The notes under the pieces: generated by a model | Seen by the model: only the letters and a program-made list of their open reading frames with translations | Told to the model about the DNA's origin: nothing | Database searches by the model: none | Position numbers and translations under genes: made by a program | Shown: positions 1-12,300 of the stretch, in pieces | How the letters are laid out: each line of letters opens with the position of its first letter | Numbering within the stretch: the first letter of the stretch is position 1 | DNA from: a virus | IMG/VR virus record: IMGVR_UViG_3300020156_000002 | Location: 32,001-96,000 of that record | Strand: one strand, 5' to 3' | Length of the DNA: 64,000 nucleotides

Positions 1-125
1 CGCTTGAAATACAAGGGTTGAGAAGAAAATTAGCAGATTATAAGGTCAAGGAGTATTGTAAATCGATGTTAAAAGTGACAAGCAATTAGAAATTTGAAGT
101 GGTTATTAGGAAAGGAGAATGAAAG

Positions 126-1110
126 ATGCAAATAGAGTTTTATGTAATGAAGTCCATATCAGGAAGGATTGATTATGTTTCTGTTAATAATCAATGCGAC
201 AAAGAATATATGGAGGAATATGGATATAAAAGAATAGGTATTCTTACTCTTGATAATCCAGTAAATAGTGATGCGGAATGCAAAAATTTAATGAGTCATG
301 GAAACTAAATAAATCGATATTCTATTTAGAAAGAAGGTGAAACAATGAGTGAAATATTTTTGAATACTATAAATGCAAAAGATTGTCTTTATACTGAAGC
401 TGTAGATAGCGTAATTACTGAAGATATGACTTACGGATATGGGGATGAAATATATAAAGTAACAAGACTAGAAATTTTGAATGGTGGCACAATCAATCTA
501 TATGGTACTAAGTTAGAAAAGTAGGATAAATCAAGTGTTTGGTGTTCTTTTAGAAGGAGAAAAATAAGAAATGAATAGATTTTTTGGGATGATGCCAAGT
601 GAGTGCATAGAAATTAGTAAATCTTATAAAGATGAAAATGGTTTAAGGATACACATTGATGCAGGGAAAGAAGGATATACAGTTAGATATGCAGACTGTT
701 CTTCAGAATATGCTGATATTAACGCAACCGCAGAAGATAATTTTAAGTCAGCTTATAATATTGCTAGTTCACATTTTAAGTTGACAGAAGTTAATACAGA
801 GAATTGTGGAGAATGTGAAAGATAAAAGCACTTAAAACGAGTCTTTGCTTGGGTTATTAGAAAGGAGAAAGTAATGTATTATTTAAGATTAGTAAATGAA
901 AATGGAGACAGAGCAGTTTATAAGCACCATGATTTTTCAAGATTCTATAGAGGATCATTTTATGGGCTAAAAGAAAAATATCAAGGCATGAAAGTATATA
1001 CCTGCAAGACTCTAAAGAAGATTTTAGAGTTAAGAGAAACAACATATAACTATTCTAATGAGTGGTTTGATGTATATGATGAAAATGGCAAGGTGGAATT
1101 GTCATTATAA
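126..1110 (+). other. Run of small hypothetical ORFs (126-308, 345-524, 571-825, 874-1110)
   Basis: Each ORF has a strong AGGAG/AAGGTG RBS; the ORFs are separated by 18-bp palindromic junction sites. Confidence 0.75.
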
Positions 1111-1345
1111 AATGAGCCTTTGATAGGCTTTGAAAGGAGATTATTAGTGAGTAAAAAGGTAAAATGTTTAAATTGTGACCAGGGTATGAGATTTGCTTAC
1201 CATGTAAAAATATTTAGACAAGAAAAAAATACATAACTAACAATATTGTACTCATTATAGAGAGGCTGATAATGCACAAAAAATTTTAATAGTGAAGAAT
1301 GGTACAATGATAGTGTTAATAAAATAATCAAAGGCGAGAAGTAAA

Positions 1346-1978
1346 TTATGTTTTAGATTTAATTTTTATTGTATCGAAAGAGTTGTTGGCACGTCTACGC
1401 ATTTCATTTATAAAATGAGTCAAATAAATGCATAACAATTCTGACGTGTATAAAGAATCATTTAAAGCATTGTGAAGTTTTGTAGTTTCATGAACAATAA
1501 TGTTGTGTTCTTCTAAAACCTTTGACAAAGCTGGCTGCGAAGTTAAATTATACAAATTCATATAACTACGTTGCAAATCAAATAATAATATTTTTTCTTT
1601 GTCAAAAATTCGAGACTTATTGTACAAATCATTAATTCTGTTATTTAAAATAATGTGATCATATTTGCTCCAAGAACAATATATAGGATTCTTAAATTTA
1701 GAAGACCATTTGAAAAATTTAAAAAGTCCAATATTGTGCGGAACACCAGAATAAAAATATTGTTCATCCATTTTTGTTAAAATTTTAGCTCGATTATTAT
1801 ATTTATATCGCATAGGTTTGCATTTTATAAAGAATTTTTCAAGAATTTCTCCATCTTTATTAAGAGCGACTGCACCAATTTCCAATATATCTAGCGTTTT
1901 GGGTATATACATTATGAATTCTAAATCAAAAACTATGATAGTGTTTTTAAATGGCTTCATGTCATCTCCTCCTAACAC
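1346..1978 (-). CDS. DEDDh 3'-5' exonuclease (ERI-1/KapD-like)
   Basis: ExoI VFDLEF, ILEIGAV, ExoII WSKYD and ExoIII HNALNDS motifs. Confidence 0.85.
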   Translation of the reverse strand: MLGGDDMKPFKNTIIVFDLEFIMYIPKTLDILEIGAVALNKDGEILEKFFIKCKPMRYKYNNRAKILTKMDEQYFYSGVPHNIGLFKFFKWSSKFKNPIYCSWSKYDHIILNNRINDLYNKSRIFDKEKILLFDLQRSYMNLYNLTSQPALSKVLEEHNIIVHETTKLHNALNDSLYTSELLCIYLTHFINEMRRRANNSFDTIKIKSKT

Positions 1979-2234
1979 ATTTTATGTGTCATAACTATAA
2001 TATAGCACATAATTAAAAGCAACAAATATCATTTAATTTGTTTAATTAGAAGAAAAGGAGTTAAAGAACATTTTATCGTAATTATTAAAAACAAAGCCTG
2101 TTAAGATTCATAAAAATTTATTATTTGTAATAATTACATTATTATAATAAATAGGTGACAGGCATTCATTTTGATTAAGTAGGATTATTCCATAATATAA
2201 AGTTATTACACATAAAAATAAATTATTTTGAAAG

Positions 2235-3951
2235 GTGGTGAGAACAGTGGAAGTTAAAAATATAGTTGGTAAAGTTGATGATGATGGTAATATTAGTTCA
2301 TATTATCATAGCGGAAGAAATTGTAATGTTGGTGGATATGAAAATATTATTGGAGCAAAGAAAGCGTTAGGACAATACAAGAGACATTCATTAAATGCAA
2401 AAATATTTAAGGTAACTAATTTAGAAGAGGTTAAATAAATAATATTAAACACATAAAAGAAAAGGAGATTATACATATGGTAAGAGCAGAAGAAGTATTT
2501 AAAAGTATTAATATTTACAAAGGTGACAAGGTAGTTAGATTAGATGTTGGTATGAATGTTGTATTTACAAAACAGTCAGGAGAAGTAAAAAGAGGAGAGT
2601 TAAAGGATATTAAAGGCAAGGAAGAGAAAGCTAAGTTATATGTGCAGCCACATGGAGAGCCACAGATTGAAGAATGGTGCGTTTCTGTAATGGATGACGA
2701 TAGTTTAGATATTGACAGAGAGGGTGAAGAATAATGAAAGTAAGAGAATTGATTGAACAGTTAAAATTATATGATTTAGATGATGATGTTAAAATTTCAT
2801 TAATTGTAGATACCAATAAACTTGATCCAGATGAAAGTAAGGTCGGATGCATTGATGGAATATATTTTGTAGATGCAAATGTTATAGATATGGGTGCATC
2901 AGATGAGCCAACTATCTTTGCAGAAGATGTCAATTATGATGGTATATGTTGCGATAAAAACAATTGTCATTGTATGGAATGTTAAATTTATAATCTAATA
3001 AACGATGCTTTTTATAGGGATTGAGGAGATGAGATAGTGGAAGAGAAAGAAAATATAAAGAAAAGTATTTTTAGGCAAAAAGTATATGCCAAAAGATATT
3101 ATGTAAAATACCATTATAATAATTTTAGCGGTATGTATGATGTTTATTATAAAGACATAGAAGATATCGCCGAAGATGAGACAGAAGAATTGATTGAAGA
3201 AAAAACAATATTTTCATGTGACTTGTCTTTGCCTCTATTACAATGCGGTGACAAATTTTACATAGACGAATTAGATTTGATGGTTACAATACAAGATTGT
3301 TATAGAACCTCTAAAGATGAAATGGTTTACTATGTAGAAGACAAGTACATATCGGATGAAAAAACACAAGAGACTTATAATAAGGCGATGGATTTGGTTG
3401 CTAATTGCGAAAAAATGAAAGTCTTTATTGAAGAAATTAAAAGTAATAAAATTTATCAGAAGAGAATAAGGCATAAAATGAAAAGTGAATTAAGATAGAA
3501 GTTATCTTAGATTTTAAGTTAAGGAGAGATTGAATGAACCGGATTAATAGTCCACCCAAATAATTAATAACAAACAATATTAAACTAATAAGCAAACATT
3601 GAAAGGAGAAAATTAATTATGGAACAAGCATGGAGAGTAAAATTAAAGGATGGAAACTACAAGTATTTTTATGGTAGTAATGCTGAATTAGAAGCTAATG
3701 CTTATGAAGTTGAAATGAAGCAGCGAGAGATTGAAAAACAGGAAAGACAACGTAAAAGTAAAGAACAATTAGATAGTTTAAGAAACAAAATTGAGGAACA
3801 ATCAAAAGAGTTATATGAAAACATTAAAAAGTACGATGAACTTGGTGGAGAAAACAGAGTAGATATAGATCTTAGTTTATTTGGGTCATCTTACTATAGA
3901 TATTTTGGAGAGTGGTCTAAAAAACTCGGTAAATCAATTTATAGTAGATAA
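2235..3951 (+). other. Run of small hypothetical ORFs (2235-2438, 2477-2734, 2734-2985, 3037-3498, 3619-3951)
   Basis: ORF track plus RBSs; no recognisable family. Confidence 0.7.
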
Positions 3952-4017
3952 AATCGGGGTTTGATTCGGTCTTGCAGGTAAAAAGTAATAATAATAAACA
4001 CATAAAAGGAGAATTAA

Positions 4018-4599
4018 ATGGGAGAAAATTATTTCAAAAAACTTTACGATATCGACGTTAACGATAAAGTAAGGAAAAAGAATAATCTAAGCTATCTATC
4101 ATGGGCGGCTGCATGGGCAGAAGTTAAAAAGGTATTTCCAGATGCGACTTACATAATTTATGAAAATGAAAATGGTCGTCCTTGGTTTGATGACGGAAGA
4201 ACTGGATGGGTTAAAACATCTGTGGCAATTGGTGAAATAGAACATACAGAGTATTTGCCTATTATGGACTTTAAGAATAAGTCAATATTGGCAGAAAGTA
4301 TAACTTCTATGGATGCAAATAAAGCAATTCAGCGTTCACTTACGAAAGCTTGCGCTAGACATGGACTAGGACTTTATATTTACGAAGGAGAAGATTTACC
4401 AGAAGAGTCCAAAGCTCTAACAAATTTGCAAGCAGAATGTTGGAAGCTGTTCTGTGATAGAGCAAAGATTTCACCAGAAGCAAAAGCAAAAGCAAATGAA
4501 TGTTGCAAGAATGCAATTCCTTCAGGAGATCCTAGAGAAATTGAAGATATTGAAGTATTAAAGAAACTTAAACAGGAATTATTGGGAATTAGAAAATAA
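4018..4599 (+). CDS. Sak3/DUF1071-type single-strand annealing protein
   Basis: LSYLSWAAAW and NKAIQRSLTKACARHGLGLYIYEGEDLP motifs; lies directly upstream of ssb. Confidence 0.85.
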   Translation: MGENYFKKLYDIDVNDKVRKKNNLSYLSWAAAWAEVKKVFPDATYIIYENENGRPWFDDGRTGWVKTSVAIGEIEHTEYLPIMDFKNKSILAESITSMDANKAIQRSLTKACARHGLGLYIYEGEDLPEESKALTNLQAECWKLFCDRAKISPEAKAKANECCKNAIPSGDPREIEDIEVLKKLKQELLGIRK

Positions 4600-4646
4600 T
4601 TCAAACAACCATTAAAAATATAATACATATTAAAGGAGATTAAAAC

Positions 4647-5039
4647 ATGGGATTTAGAACAGATGCATATGCAAAGGTGTGGGCAGTTGAAAACAAAGGT
4701 AATTATTCAGTAGTAAATATGAGTATCAGTAAGAAAAACAAAGAAAACGGTGGATATGATGTAGAATTTAGTAATAAGTTTGTTCGTTTCATTGGTACAG
4801 CTCACAAGTTGGCTGATGGTCTTAAAAAAGGAGATACTATTAAGCTTGGTAACTGTGATGTAACAAGCGTTTATAGTAAAGAGAAAGAAACTACATATAC
4901 AAACTTCTTAGTATTTAGTTTTGAAATTCCTGATGGTAATACAAAAGGAAGTTCTAAACCAGAACCGAGTAAAGCAAGTGGAGATGGGTTTATGAGCATT
5001 CCGGACGGATTGGATTCGGAAGAACTTCCATTTAATTAA
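4647..5039 (+). CDS. ssb: Single-stranded DNA-binding protein
   Basis: OB-fold-sized protein with acidic tail GFMSIPDGLDSEELPFN. Confidence 0.8.
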   Translation: MGFRTDAYAKVWAVENKGNYSVVNMSISKKNKENGGYDVEFSNKFVRFIGTAHKLADGLKKGDTIKLGNCDVTSVYSKEKETTYTNFLVFSFEIPDGNTKGSSKPEPSKASGDGFMSIPDGLDSEELPFN

Positions 5040-5045
5040 AGGAAG

Positions 5046-5666
5046 GTGAAAATAATAGGACATTCTCATGGTAAACAATGGACTGACGAATTAGTAAAAT
5101 CAGAGATAATGAGAGTGGTAGATTCGCTAGGGTTGGATACATTTCCAACCCATAGTGAAATCGAAAACTTTTATGGAAACAAAGGTTTAACGATGAAAAT
5201 ATCGAAAAGTGGAGGAACTAAATATTGGGCAGAACAATTAGGACTCAATATAAAAAGTTGTGAAAGCGAGTTTGGAGATTTTTATGAAAAATATTCAATA
5301 AACGATATTTTAAATAATACTGGATTAAATAGTTATCAAAATAAAGTTGGATATCCTTATGATGTTACTACAAATAAACACATTAAAGTTGATATAAAAG
5401 CATCGAGTGTTGCTGAGAACAATAATGGATATAAATATAATACATTCAATTTGGGAAAAGAAGAACCTACGTGTGATATATTCATTTTCTATTGCCTTAA
5501 TGAAGATAATAACATACATAAGACTTTGATAATACCATCTTGCAAACTTTATAATCAGACGCAACTTGGAACATCTGTACATGGCAATAGTAAATGGGAC
5601 AAATACATAAATAATTGGAACATATTTAAAAAATATAATGAGTTTTACAATTCGATTTTAAGATAG
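5046..5666 (+). CDS. Putative free-standing PD-(D/E)XK endonuclease (homing-endonuclease-like)
   Basis: PYDV...KVDIKAS catalytic pattern, CDIFIFYCL, and an N-terminal WTDE...FPTHSE DNA-binding-like segment; inserted inside the replication operon. Confidence 0.55.
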   Translation: MKIIGHSHGKQWTDELVKSEIMRVVDSLGLDTFPTHSEIENFYGNKGLTMKISKSGGTKYWAEQLGLNIKSCESEFGDFYEKYSINDILNNTGLNSYQNKVGYPYDVTTNKHIKVDIKASSVAENNNGYKYNTFNLGKEEPTCDIFIFYCLNEDNNIHKTLIIPSCKLYNQTQLGTSVHGNSKWDKYINNWNIFKKYNEFYNSILR

Positions 5667-5677
5667 GAGGCAGAAGA

Positions 5678-6160
5678 TTGACTGATAAGACATATAAATG
5701 TGCTTTTAAACATTGTAACCATGATGACGAAAACGTTCCACAGAACGAAGCTGTCAAAATAGGTAACAGATATATGCATGAGGATTGTGCAAAAATTAGC
5801 GAGAATATTACGAAAATAAGAGATATTTATTATGAGAAAGTCAGCAATACGGTCGTGGTAAAACAACTTGTTAGTGTTATCAACAGTTTAGTTTTTACAA
5901 AAAAGATTGATTCTGAATATTTACTGTTTGCTTTGAACTATGCGATTGCTAATAAAACACCTATTAAAAGTCCATATGGGTTACATTATCTAGTTGATAA
6001 TAACAGAATTAAAGATGCGTGGAAGAAAAAACAATCATCTTTAATTAAAAAGCAAATTGATAATGAAGAAATTGTATGTGAAGAACCAAAGCAGACATCA
6101 TTTAATTTTACCGTTGAAAAAAATACTGGATTCGGAGGAATCTTTAAAGGAGGTAACTAA
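5678..6160 (+). CDS. Hypothetical replication protein with Cys/His finger (possible helicase loader/initiator)
   Basis: CAFKHC...HEDC motif; translationally coupled to dnaB (TAATG overlap). Confidence 0.45.
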   Translation: MTDKTYKCAFKHCNHDDENVPQNEAVKIGNRYMHEDCAKISENITKIRDIYYEKVSNTVVVKQLVSVINSLVFTKKIDSEYLLFALNYAIANKTPIKSPYGLHYLVDNNRIKDAWKKKQSSLIKKQIDNEEIVCEEPKQTSFNFTVEKNTGFGGIFKGGN

Positions 6161-7506
6161 TGGAATTATGCGACATTACAGATAGTAAAGCAGAAGCAGG
6201 AGTAATTTCAACATTAGTTTATCATCCTGAATTTATACTACATAGCAACTATTTACACGAAAAGTATTTTTATAACACTGATAATGCTTGTATATATTGG
6301 GCGATTAAGGAGTTGTTCAATAAAAAAATAACCAATATAACAGCTTTAAATATAGAACAGATGCTTGATTCAAACAAAGCGGTTAAAAAGAAGATTCAAG
6401 AATATAATATGCCAAGCATCCAAGAATATATAGATTTATGTTATAACTCAAAACGTGACACGGTAGAAGAATATTTATTACTAGTTAATAGAGTTATTGA
6501 ATTAGCTTTTAAAAGAGATTTTTATAAACAAACATTGAAGTGGCAGCAATCTTGTTTTAATCAGGAGTTAGGCTTAGACGAGATGAGCAACGGTGTTTAT
6601 AAAGAAATCAACGAACTTACAACACGATATGTAACAGATGGTGAAATTACAACCTTTGGATCAAAAGTAAAAGATATATGGGCAAAAATTAAGGACAAAA
6701 AAAATCGTGGAGAATCATATGGATTGCCATCTTTTTTCCCAACAATCAATGAATTTTTTACATACGAGGAAACTGAACTAATTGTTATTGAAGCTCGAAT
6801 GAAAAAAGGCAAGTCGTGGTTGGCTATGATTGAAGCACTTCATAAGGCAATGAATGGTGTCCCTACTTTTGTTCAAGATAGTGAAATGAGTGACGAAAAC
6901 TGGTATATTAGAGCGTTATCCTATATCAGCGGTATACCAGTTAATAGAATAAAAAATGAAACATTAACTGCTGACGAAGAAAAGAGAATTGAAGAAACGA
7001 ATGATTACATAGAAAAGCTACCATTATTCCACAATTATGATCCATATATTACAAAGGAAAGATTTTATTCTATATGCGCCCAAAAGAAAATTGAGATGGG
7101 ATTAAAATTTGTTGTTTGGGATTACATAAAATGTGATGATTCAATTTTAAATTCTGCTGAACGAAGTGCTTATATGGCAGGTGTAGCTAACTGGTTGAAA
7201 AATATAATAGCCGGTGATTTAAAAATGTCAGTATTAGCATTCGCTCAATTAAACAGAAGTAACGAGGTAGCAGATTCAGACGGAATTGAGAGATATTGTT
7301 CTGTGGCTGTAAAGTGGGAAGAAAAGACAGATGAAGAGATTATTAATGATGGTAGAGAATGTGGTACTCATAAACTTAAAGTTAAATTAAATCGTATTGG
7401 TAAGCAACATATGGGTGAAAATGATTATATTGATATGATGTTTACGAACAAAAAAATAGGCATTATAGAAGCAAAGCAACATCAAACTGTTGCGCCATAT
7501 GACTAG
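6160..7506 (+). CDS. dnaB: Replicative DnaB-like helicase
   Basis: AEAGVIS N-terminus, Walker A ARMKKGKS, SEMS, VVWDYI and AQLNR motifs. Confidence 0.9.
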   Translation: MELCDITDSKAEAGVISTLVYHPEFILHSNYLHEKYFYNTDNACIYWAIKELFNKKITNITALNIEQMLDSNKAVKKKIQEYNMPSIQEYIDLCYNSKRDTVEEYLLLVNRVIELAFKRDFYKQTLKWQQSCFNQELGLDEMSNGVYKEINELTTRYVTDGEITTFGSKVKDIWAKIKDKKNRGESYGLPSFFPTINEFFTYEETELIVIEARMKKGKSWLAMIEALHKAMNGVPTFVQDSEMSDENWYIRALSYISGIPVNRIKNETLTADEEKRIEETNDYIEKLPLFHNYDPYITKERFYSICAQKKIEMGLKFVVWDYIKCDDSILNSAERSAYMAGVANWLKNIIAGDLKMSVLAFAQLNRSNEVADSDGIERYCSVAVKWEEKTDEEIINDGRECGTHKLKVKLNRIGKQHMGENDYIDMMFTNKKIGIIEAKQHQTVAPYD

Positions 7507-7524
7507 AAAAGGAGGAGAGAATGA

Positions 7525-8532
7525 TTGGTTAAGTATGATGAAGATATGATACAAGAAATTAGCGATAATGTAGATTTATTAGAATATGTAAGCCAATCAA
7601 TTGAATTAAAACAAAAAGGTAGAGATTATTTTGGCACATGTCCATTACATACTGATTTAACCCCATCATTCTCTGTAACTCCAAGACGAAATAGTTTTTT
7701 CTGTTTTAGTTGTGGACGAGGTGGGGGAATCATTCAATATCTGCATGATTATGAATCCCTCACTTATGATGAAGCCATAGAAAAAGCATCGAAGTTGGCA
7801 AACATAGACTTAAAAACAATGTGCCAATCACAAACAGTAATAATAAATAAAAAGATAAAGAAAGAAAAACAAGGTATAATAAATAATAATAAACATGAAA
7901 TTCTAAATAAAGACGATTTTAATAAATATAGGCAAGGCAAAATTCAAGGATGGTTAGATGAAGGAATAAGGCAAGAAGAAATTGATTTGTTTGAAATAAG
8001 AATTGACGACAGAAGTAATCGAATTATTTATCCAGTTTACGACACTGATAATAATTTCATCAATATCAAAGGAAGAACAATGTTTCCTGATTATAAAAAG
8101 ATTGGCATAGCAAAGTATATTAATTATTTTCCTGTTGGCACAATGGATTACTTTCAAGGTTTAAACATAACTCTGCCATTCATTAAAGAAACGAAAGAAG
8201 TAAAGATTTTTGAAAGCATAAAGAGTGTAATGAAGTTGTTTGGGAATGGAATTAAGGACTCGGCTTCAGCAGAAAAACACACTCTAACTAATGAACAAAT
8301 TATTTATTTAATTAAGTTAGGAGTAGACGTTGTGTTGTGTTATGATTCCGACGTTTCATATAAAGAAAAGGAAGTTATAAGAAATATAAACATGCTAAAA
8401 AGGTTCACTAATGTTTACATAATAGAGGACAAAAAAGGTCTATTGGGAGGAGTTGAAGGTAAAAATTCACCAATAGATAAGGGTATAGATATTTGGAATG
8501 AATTATACGCCAATAAGAAAAAAGTATTATAA
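7525..8532 (+). CDS. dnaG: DNA primase (CHC2 zinc finger + TOPRIM)
   Basis: CPLH..TPSF...FFCFSCGRGG, RIIYP, FESIKS and LCYDSD motifs. Confidence 0.88.
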   Translation: MVKYDEDMIQEISDNVDLLEYVSQSIELKQKGRDYFGTCPLHTDLTPSFSVTPRRNSFFCFSCGRGGGIIQYLHDYESLTYDEAIEKASKLANIDLKTMCQSQTVIINKKIKKEKQGIINNNKHEILNKDDFNKYRQGKIQGWLDEGIRQEEIDLFEIRIDDRSNRIIYPVYDTDNNFINIKGRTMFPDYKKIGIAKYINYFPVGTMDYFQGLNITLPFIKETKEVKIFESIKSVMKLFGNGIKDSASAEKHTLTNEQIIYLIKLGVDVVLCYDSDVSYKEKEVIRNINMLKRFTNVYIIEDKKGLLGGVEGKNSPIDKGIDIWNELYANKKKVL

Positions 8533-8544
8533 AGGAGTGATATT

Positions 8545-9357
8545 TTGGGAGAATATACGGCTGAAATAAATAACATGATTTGGAGTTTTAGTAGATGTCA
8601 TTCATTTGAAAATTGTAGATACGAGTGGTACTTAAACTATTTACTAAGAGACGAAGAAGGAAAACGGATTTATGAGAATGAACAAAATTTTTATGCTGCA
8701 TTCGGTCATTTTTGCCATGGAATATTAGAGATGGTATTGAAAGGCGAATTGCCCATAGAAAAAGCAGCGAAGTATTATTCAGATAATTTTGATGAAAAAG
8801 TAGTTGCTTACGATGTACCAGATTCAACAAGAGATAAATATTTCTATTTGGGACTAGATTATTTTGAACAAGTTAATTTTGACTGGTTGAGTGATTATGA
8901 AATACTTGGCATTGAGAAAGAGTGTACTTTCCAACTTAATGATATTAAGTTTACTGGATATATAGATTTATTAATCAAACATAAAGAAACAGGAAAGATT
9001 ATAGTTGTTGACCATAAATCAAGTGAATATCCAATAGGCAAAAAAGGCAATGTATTAAAAAAGAAATTGGCTGACTATGAAAGCTATAAAAATCAGCTAT
9101 ACCTTTACAGTGAACAAGTTAAAAATGAATATGGAGTTTCGCCAAGCGAACTATGGTGGAATTATTTCAAAGATCAGCAATGGTTAAAACTACCATTTAT
9201 TGAAGAAGAATATGAAGCAAGTAAAAAATGGGCAACAAATTTGATATCAGAAATACATAATGAAGAAAATTTTGTACCACATATGGATTATTTCTACTGT
9301 AACAATTTATGTGGATTTAGAAACAGTTGTGATTATAAGTTGATGGGTGGTGATTGA
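8545..9357 (+). CDS. PD-(D/E)XK exonuclease (RecB/AddB/Cas4-like)
   Basis: WSFSR...C, GYIDL, VDHKSS, QLYLY and C-terminal CxxxCxxxxxC. Confidence 0.85.
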   Translation: MGEYTAEINNMIWSFSRCHSFENCRYEWYLNYLLRDEEGKRIYENEQNFYAAFGHFCHGILEMVLKGELPIEKAAKYYSDNFDEKVVAYDVPDSTRDKYFYLGLDYFEQVNFDWLSDYEILGIEKECTFQLNDIKFTGYIDLLIKHKETGKIIVVDHKSSEYPIGKKGNVLKKKLADYESYKNQLYLYSEQVKNEYGVSPSELWWNYFKDQQWLKLPFIEEEYEASKKWATNLISEIHNEENFVPHMDYFYCNNLCGFRNSCDYKLMGGD

Positions 9358-12300
9358 TTGAATAATCTACTAGAAATTGCAAATAGGGCGAGAGATAAAT
9401 TAAAATTCGATTTTCCTTATGATATTTCAGAATGGATCAATGATATGAATATGATGATGGAAAATTATCATAAACATACAACGTGGTCAGATTTAATTCA
9501 AATTGATTCTGCGACCGATATTGTGGAATTTATGAAAATACTAGATACATATAAAAGCAAATGTATGTTTTCAGGTGAGCATGGATATCAAGGCGAGTGG
9601 TTATATGTCTATGATGTTTGTAAAAATACACATAATGAAAAGTTAAGAGAAAAAATGGGGATAAACAACCCATTACAATTCAGATATTCTACTGAAGCAT
9701 ATTGGGTAAAAGATAGGCATGAAAAAGATAGATTAAATTGCCATATGGTATTAGTAGCTAGAACATATGAAGCAATGAGAAAATTAAATTATATTTTATC
9801 AATGGCTAACATTGATGGGTTTTATGGCAAGCCTCGTATAGATTTAGAATTGTTATTTCAGTTGAATAGTGACGATGTTTATATAACTTCTGCCTGTATT
9901 GCCGGATGGAAATATGATGATGCAAAAGATATATGGTTAAAAATATGGAAACATTTTGGAGACAGTTTTTTCTTGGAATATCAAACACATGATACCCAAC
10001 CACAGAAACAACTTAATAAGTTAATCTCTGAGATGTCAAGCGAATATGGAATACAAACTATTATTGGATTAGACACTCATTATATCAGCGAAGAAGATAG
10101 AATAAAAAGAGATAATTTACTAAAAAGAAAAGGCATGATATATGAGGACGAAGAAGGTTGGTATATGGATTTTCCAAATGGAAAAGAAGTATATCGTAGA
10201 ATGCTTAATCAGGGAATTTTAACTGATGAAGAGATATTGATTTCAATGATGAATACTCATGTATTCTTAAATGGATGCGATAATATTTCTATAAATACAG
10301 ATTTTAAAATCCCAATTTTAGAAGAATATCAAAAGTATGATTATAAAGAAAGGGTTAAAATCCTTAAAGACATATTGGAAGAAAACTTTTTAAATGAAGA
10401 TGATGAACATAGAACTCAGGATAGGCATGACGGAATGTTATATGAACTTGGACAAATAGACGAAAGTACAACAGTAGATTATTTCTTAAGTAATAATGGG
10501 ATTATTCATTTAGCAACATCTCCAAAATATGGAGGGCATTTAACTACAACGTCGAGAGGAAGTGCGAGTTCATATTACTCTAGCAAATTGTTAGGCTTCA
10601 CAACTATGGATAGGTTTGAATCAGAAGTTCCTATTTATCCAGAACGTTTTATCACGAAAGATAGAGTATTAAGTTCTCACCAATGTCCTGATATTGATTA
10701 CAACGTAGAAAATCAAGAACCATTTTTACTAGCAAGCAGAGAATTATTGGGGGATGAAGGATGTTACCCTCTGTTAGCGGTTGGGAAACTTGGAGAGAAG
10801 TCTGGATTTAAATTATATGCCGATATTAAAGGAATTGAACCAAGTGTAGCAAATGATATTACGACATGTATTGATCAATATAATGAGGCATTAAAACAAG
10901 CAGATGACGAAGAAGACAAGAAAAATATACATATTGAAGACTTTATTGAAAACAAAGAACATTTAAAAATATTTAATGAAAGTAAACCATATCAAGGAAT
11001 CATTGAGCAAGCTAAATGTCATGCATGTGGTCATTTGATTTTCAATGGTGATCATAAAGATAAGTCAATTATTGGATATGGAGACATTCGATATGAAATT
11101 GGACTAATCAGGTGTCATTCAGAGAGTACTGGAAAATCTACATTAGTTGCCTGTGTAGAAGGTGGTTTACTTGATACATATGGATATGTAAAAAACGATT
11201 ATCTCATTGTTGATGTGGTTGGTATAATCTATAAGTTGTATAAAAGTATAGGTAAAGAAGTTCCAACTGTTAATGAGCTACGTAAGAAGGTAAGTAATGA
11301 TGCAAAGACATGGAAAATGTACGAAATAGGAGCCACTTGTTGCTTAAACCAATGTGAAAAACCTTCAACCACTAAAAGAGTTATGAAATACAAGCCTCAA
11401 AACATAAAGGAACTTAGTGCTTTTATAGCCGGAATTAGACCGGGGTTTAAATCATTATTGGATGGTTTTTTAAATAGAGTTACATATACAAATGGTGAAC
11501 CAGCTATTGATAAATTACTAGAAGATTGTTTTCATTATATGTTGTATCAAGAAGCGGTTATGAAAATTTTCTCATATCTTGGTATTCCTATGAAAGAAAG
11601 TTATGATACAATCAAAAAAATTAGTAAGAAAAAATTGGTTGGAGAAAAATTAGCCCATGTCGAAGCAACATTAAAAGAACATTGGTTAAGTAATATAGGT
11701 AATTTAGATAATTTTGATCCGGTATATAAAGTAGTAAAAGATAGTGCGAGGTATTCATTTAATGCTCCACATGCTCTAGCTATGGCTAATGATAGTTTAT
11801 ATGAAGCATGGATGAAAGCCCATCATACATCAAAATTTTATGAGGTTACATTAAATCACTATCAAGATAAGGGAGATAAAAATAAAGTAGCAGCATTGGT
11901 TAAGGAAGCAATGACGATATTTGGATATTCAATGGGTTCTTATGAATATGGAAAAGATAATTCAAAATTCACTGTAGATGACAATACAAAAATCATATAT
12001 CCAAATTTGTCTAGTGTAAAAGGAATAGGAGAAAAAGCAGTATCAAACATGATGGATTTTTATAATAGTGGATTAGATGATTTTATTGATATTTATGGTG
12101 CTATTAAAGGAACAAATGTAAATTCAACAGTATTCAAAAATCTAGTTAAAATCGGATATTTTAAAAAATACGGTTCAATAAAAAAACTTCTAACAACTAT
12201 AGAAATATATGACCAATGGAAAGGTTCAAATGGTGAAGGAAGAAAAACTATTTCAAAAGCAAATATCAACGAACTTGGATTAGACAACATAAATATTTAT

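Larger units (their letters stand above)
308..3965 (+). repeat. 18-bp junction palindrome ATAAA(A/T)-N6-TTT(T/G)AT, cluster 1
   Basis: Copies: 308 AATAAA-TCGATA-TTCTAT, 526 ATAAAT-CAAGTG-TTTGGT, 832 TTAAAA-CGAGTC-TTTGCT, 1107 ATAAAA-TGAGCC-TTTGAT, 2998 ATAAAC-GATGCT-TTTTAT, 3495 ATAGAA-GTTATC-TTAGAT, 3948 ATAAAA-TCGGGG-TTTGAT. Confidence 0.75.

Noticed and set aside
8545-9357. CRISPR-associated Cas4
   Set aside because: It sits between primase and polymerase with no cas genes nearby; a replication/recombination nuclease is the simpler reading.
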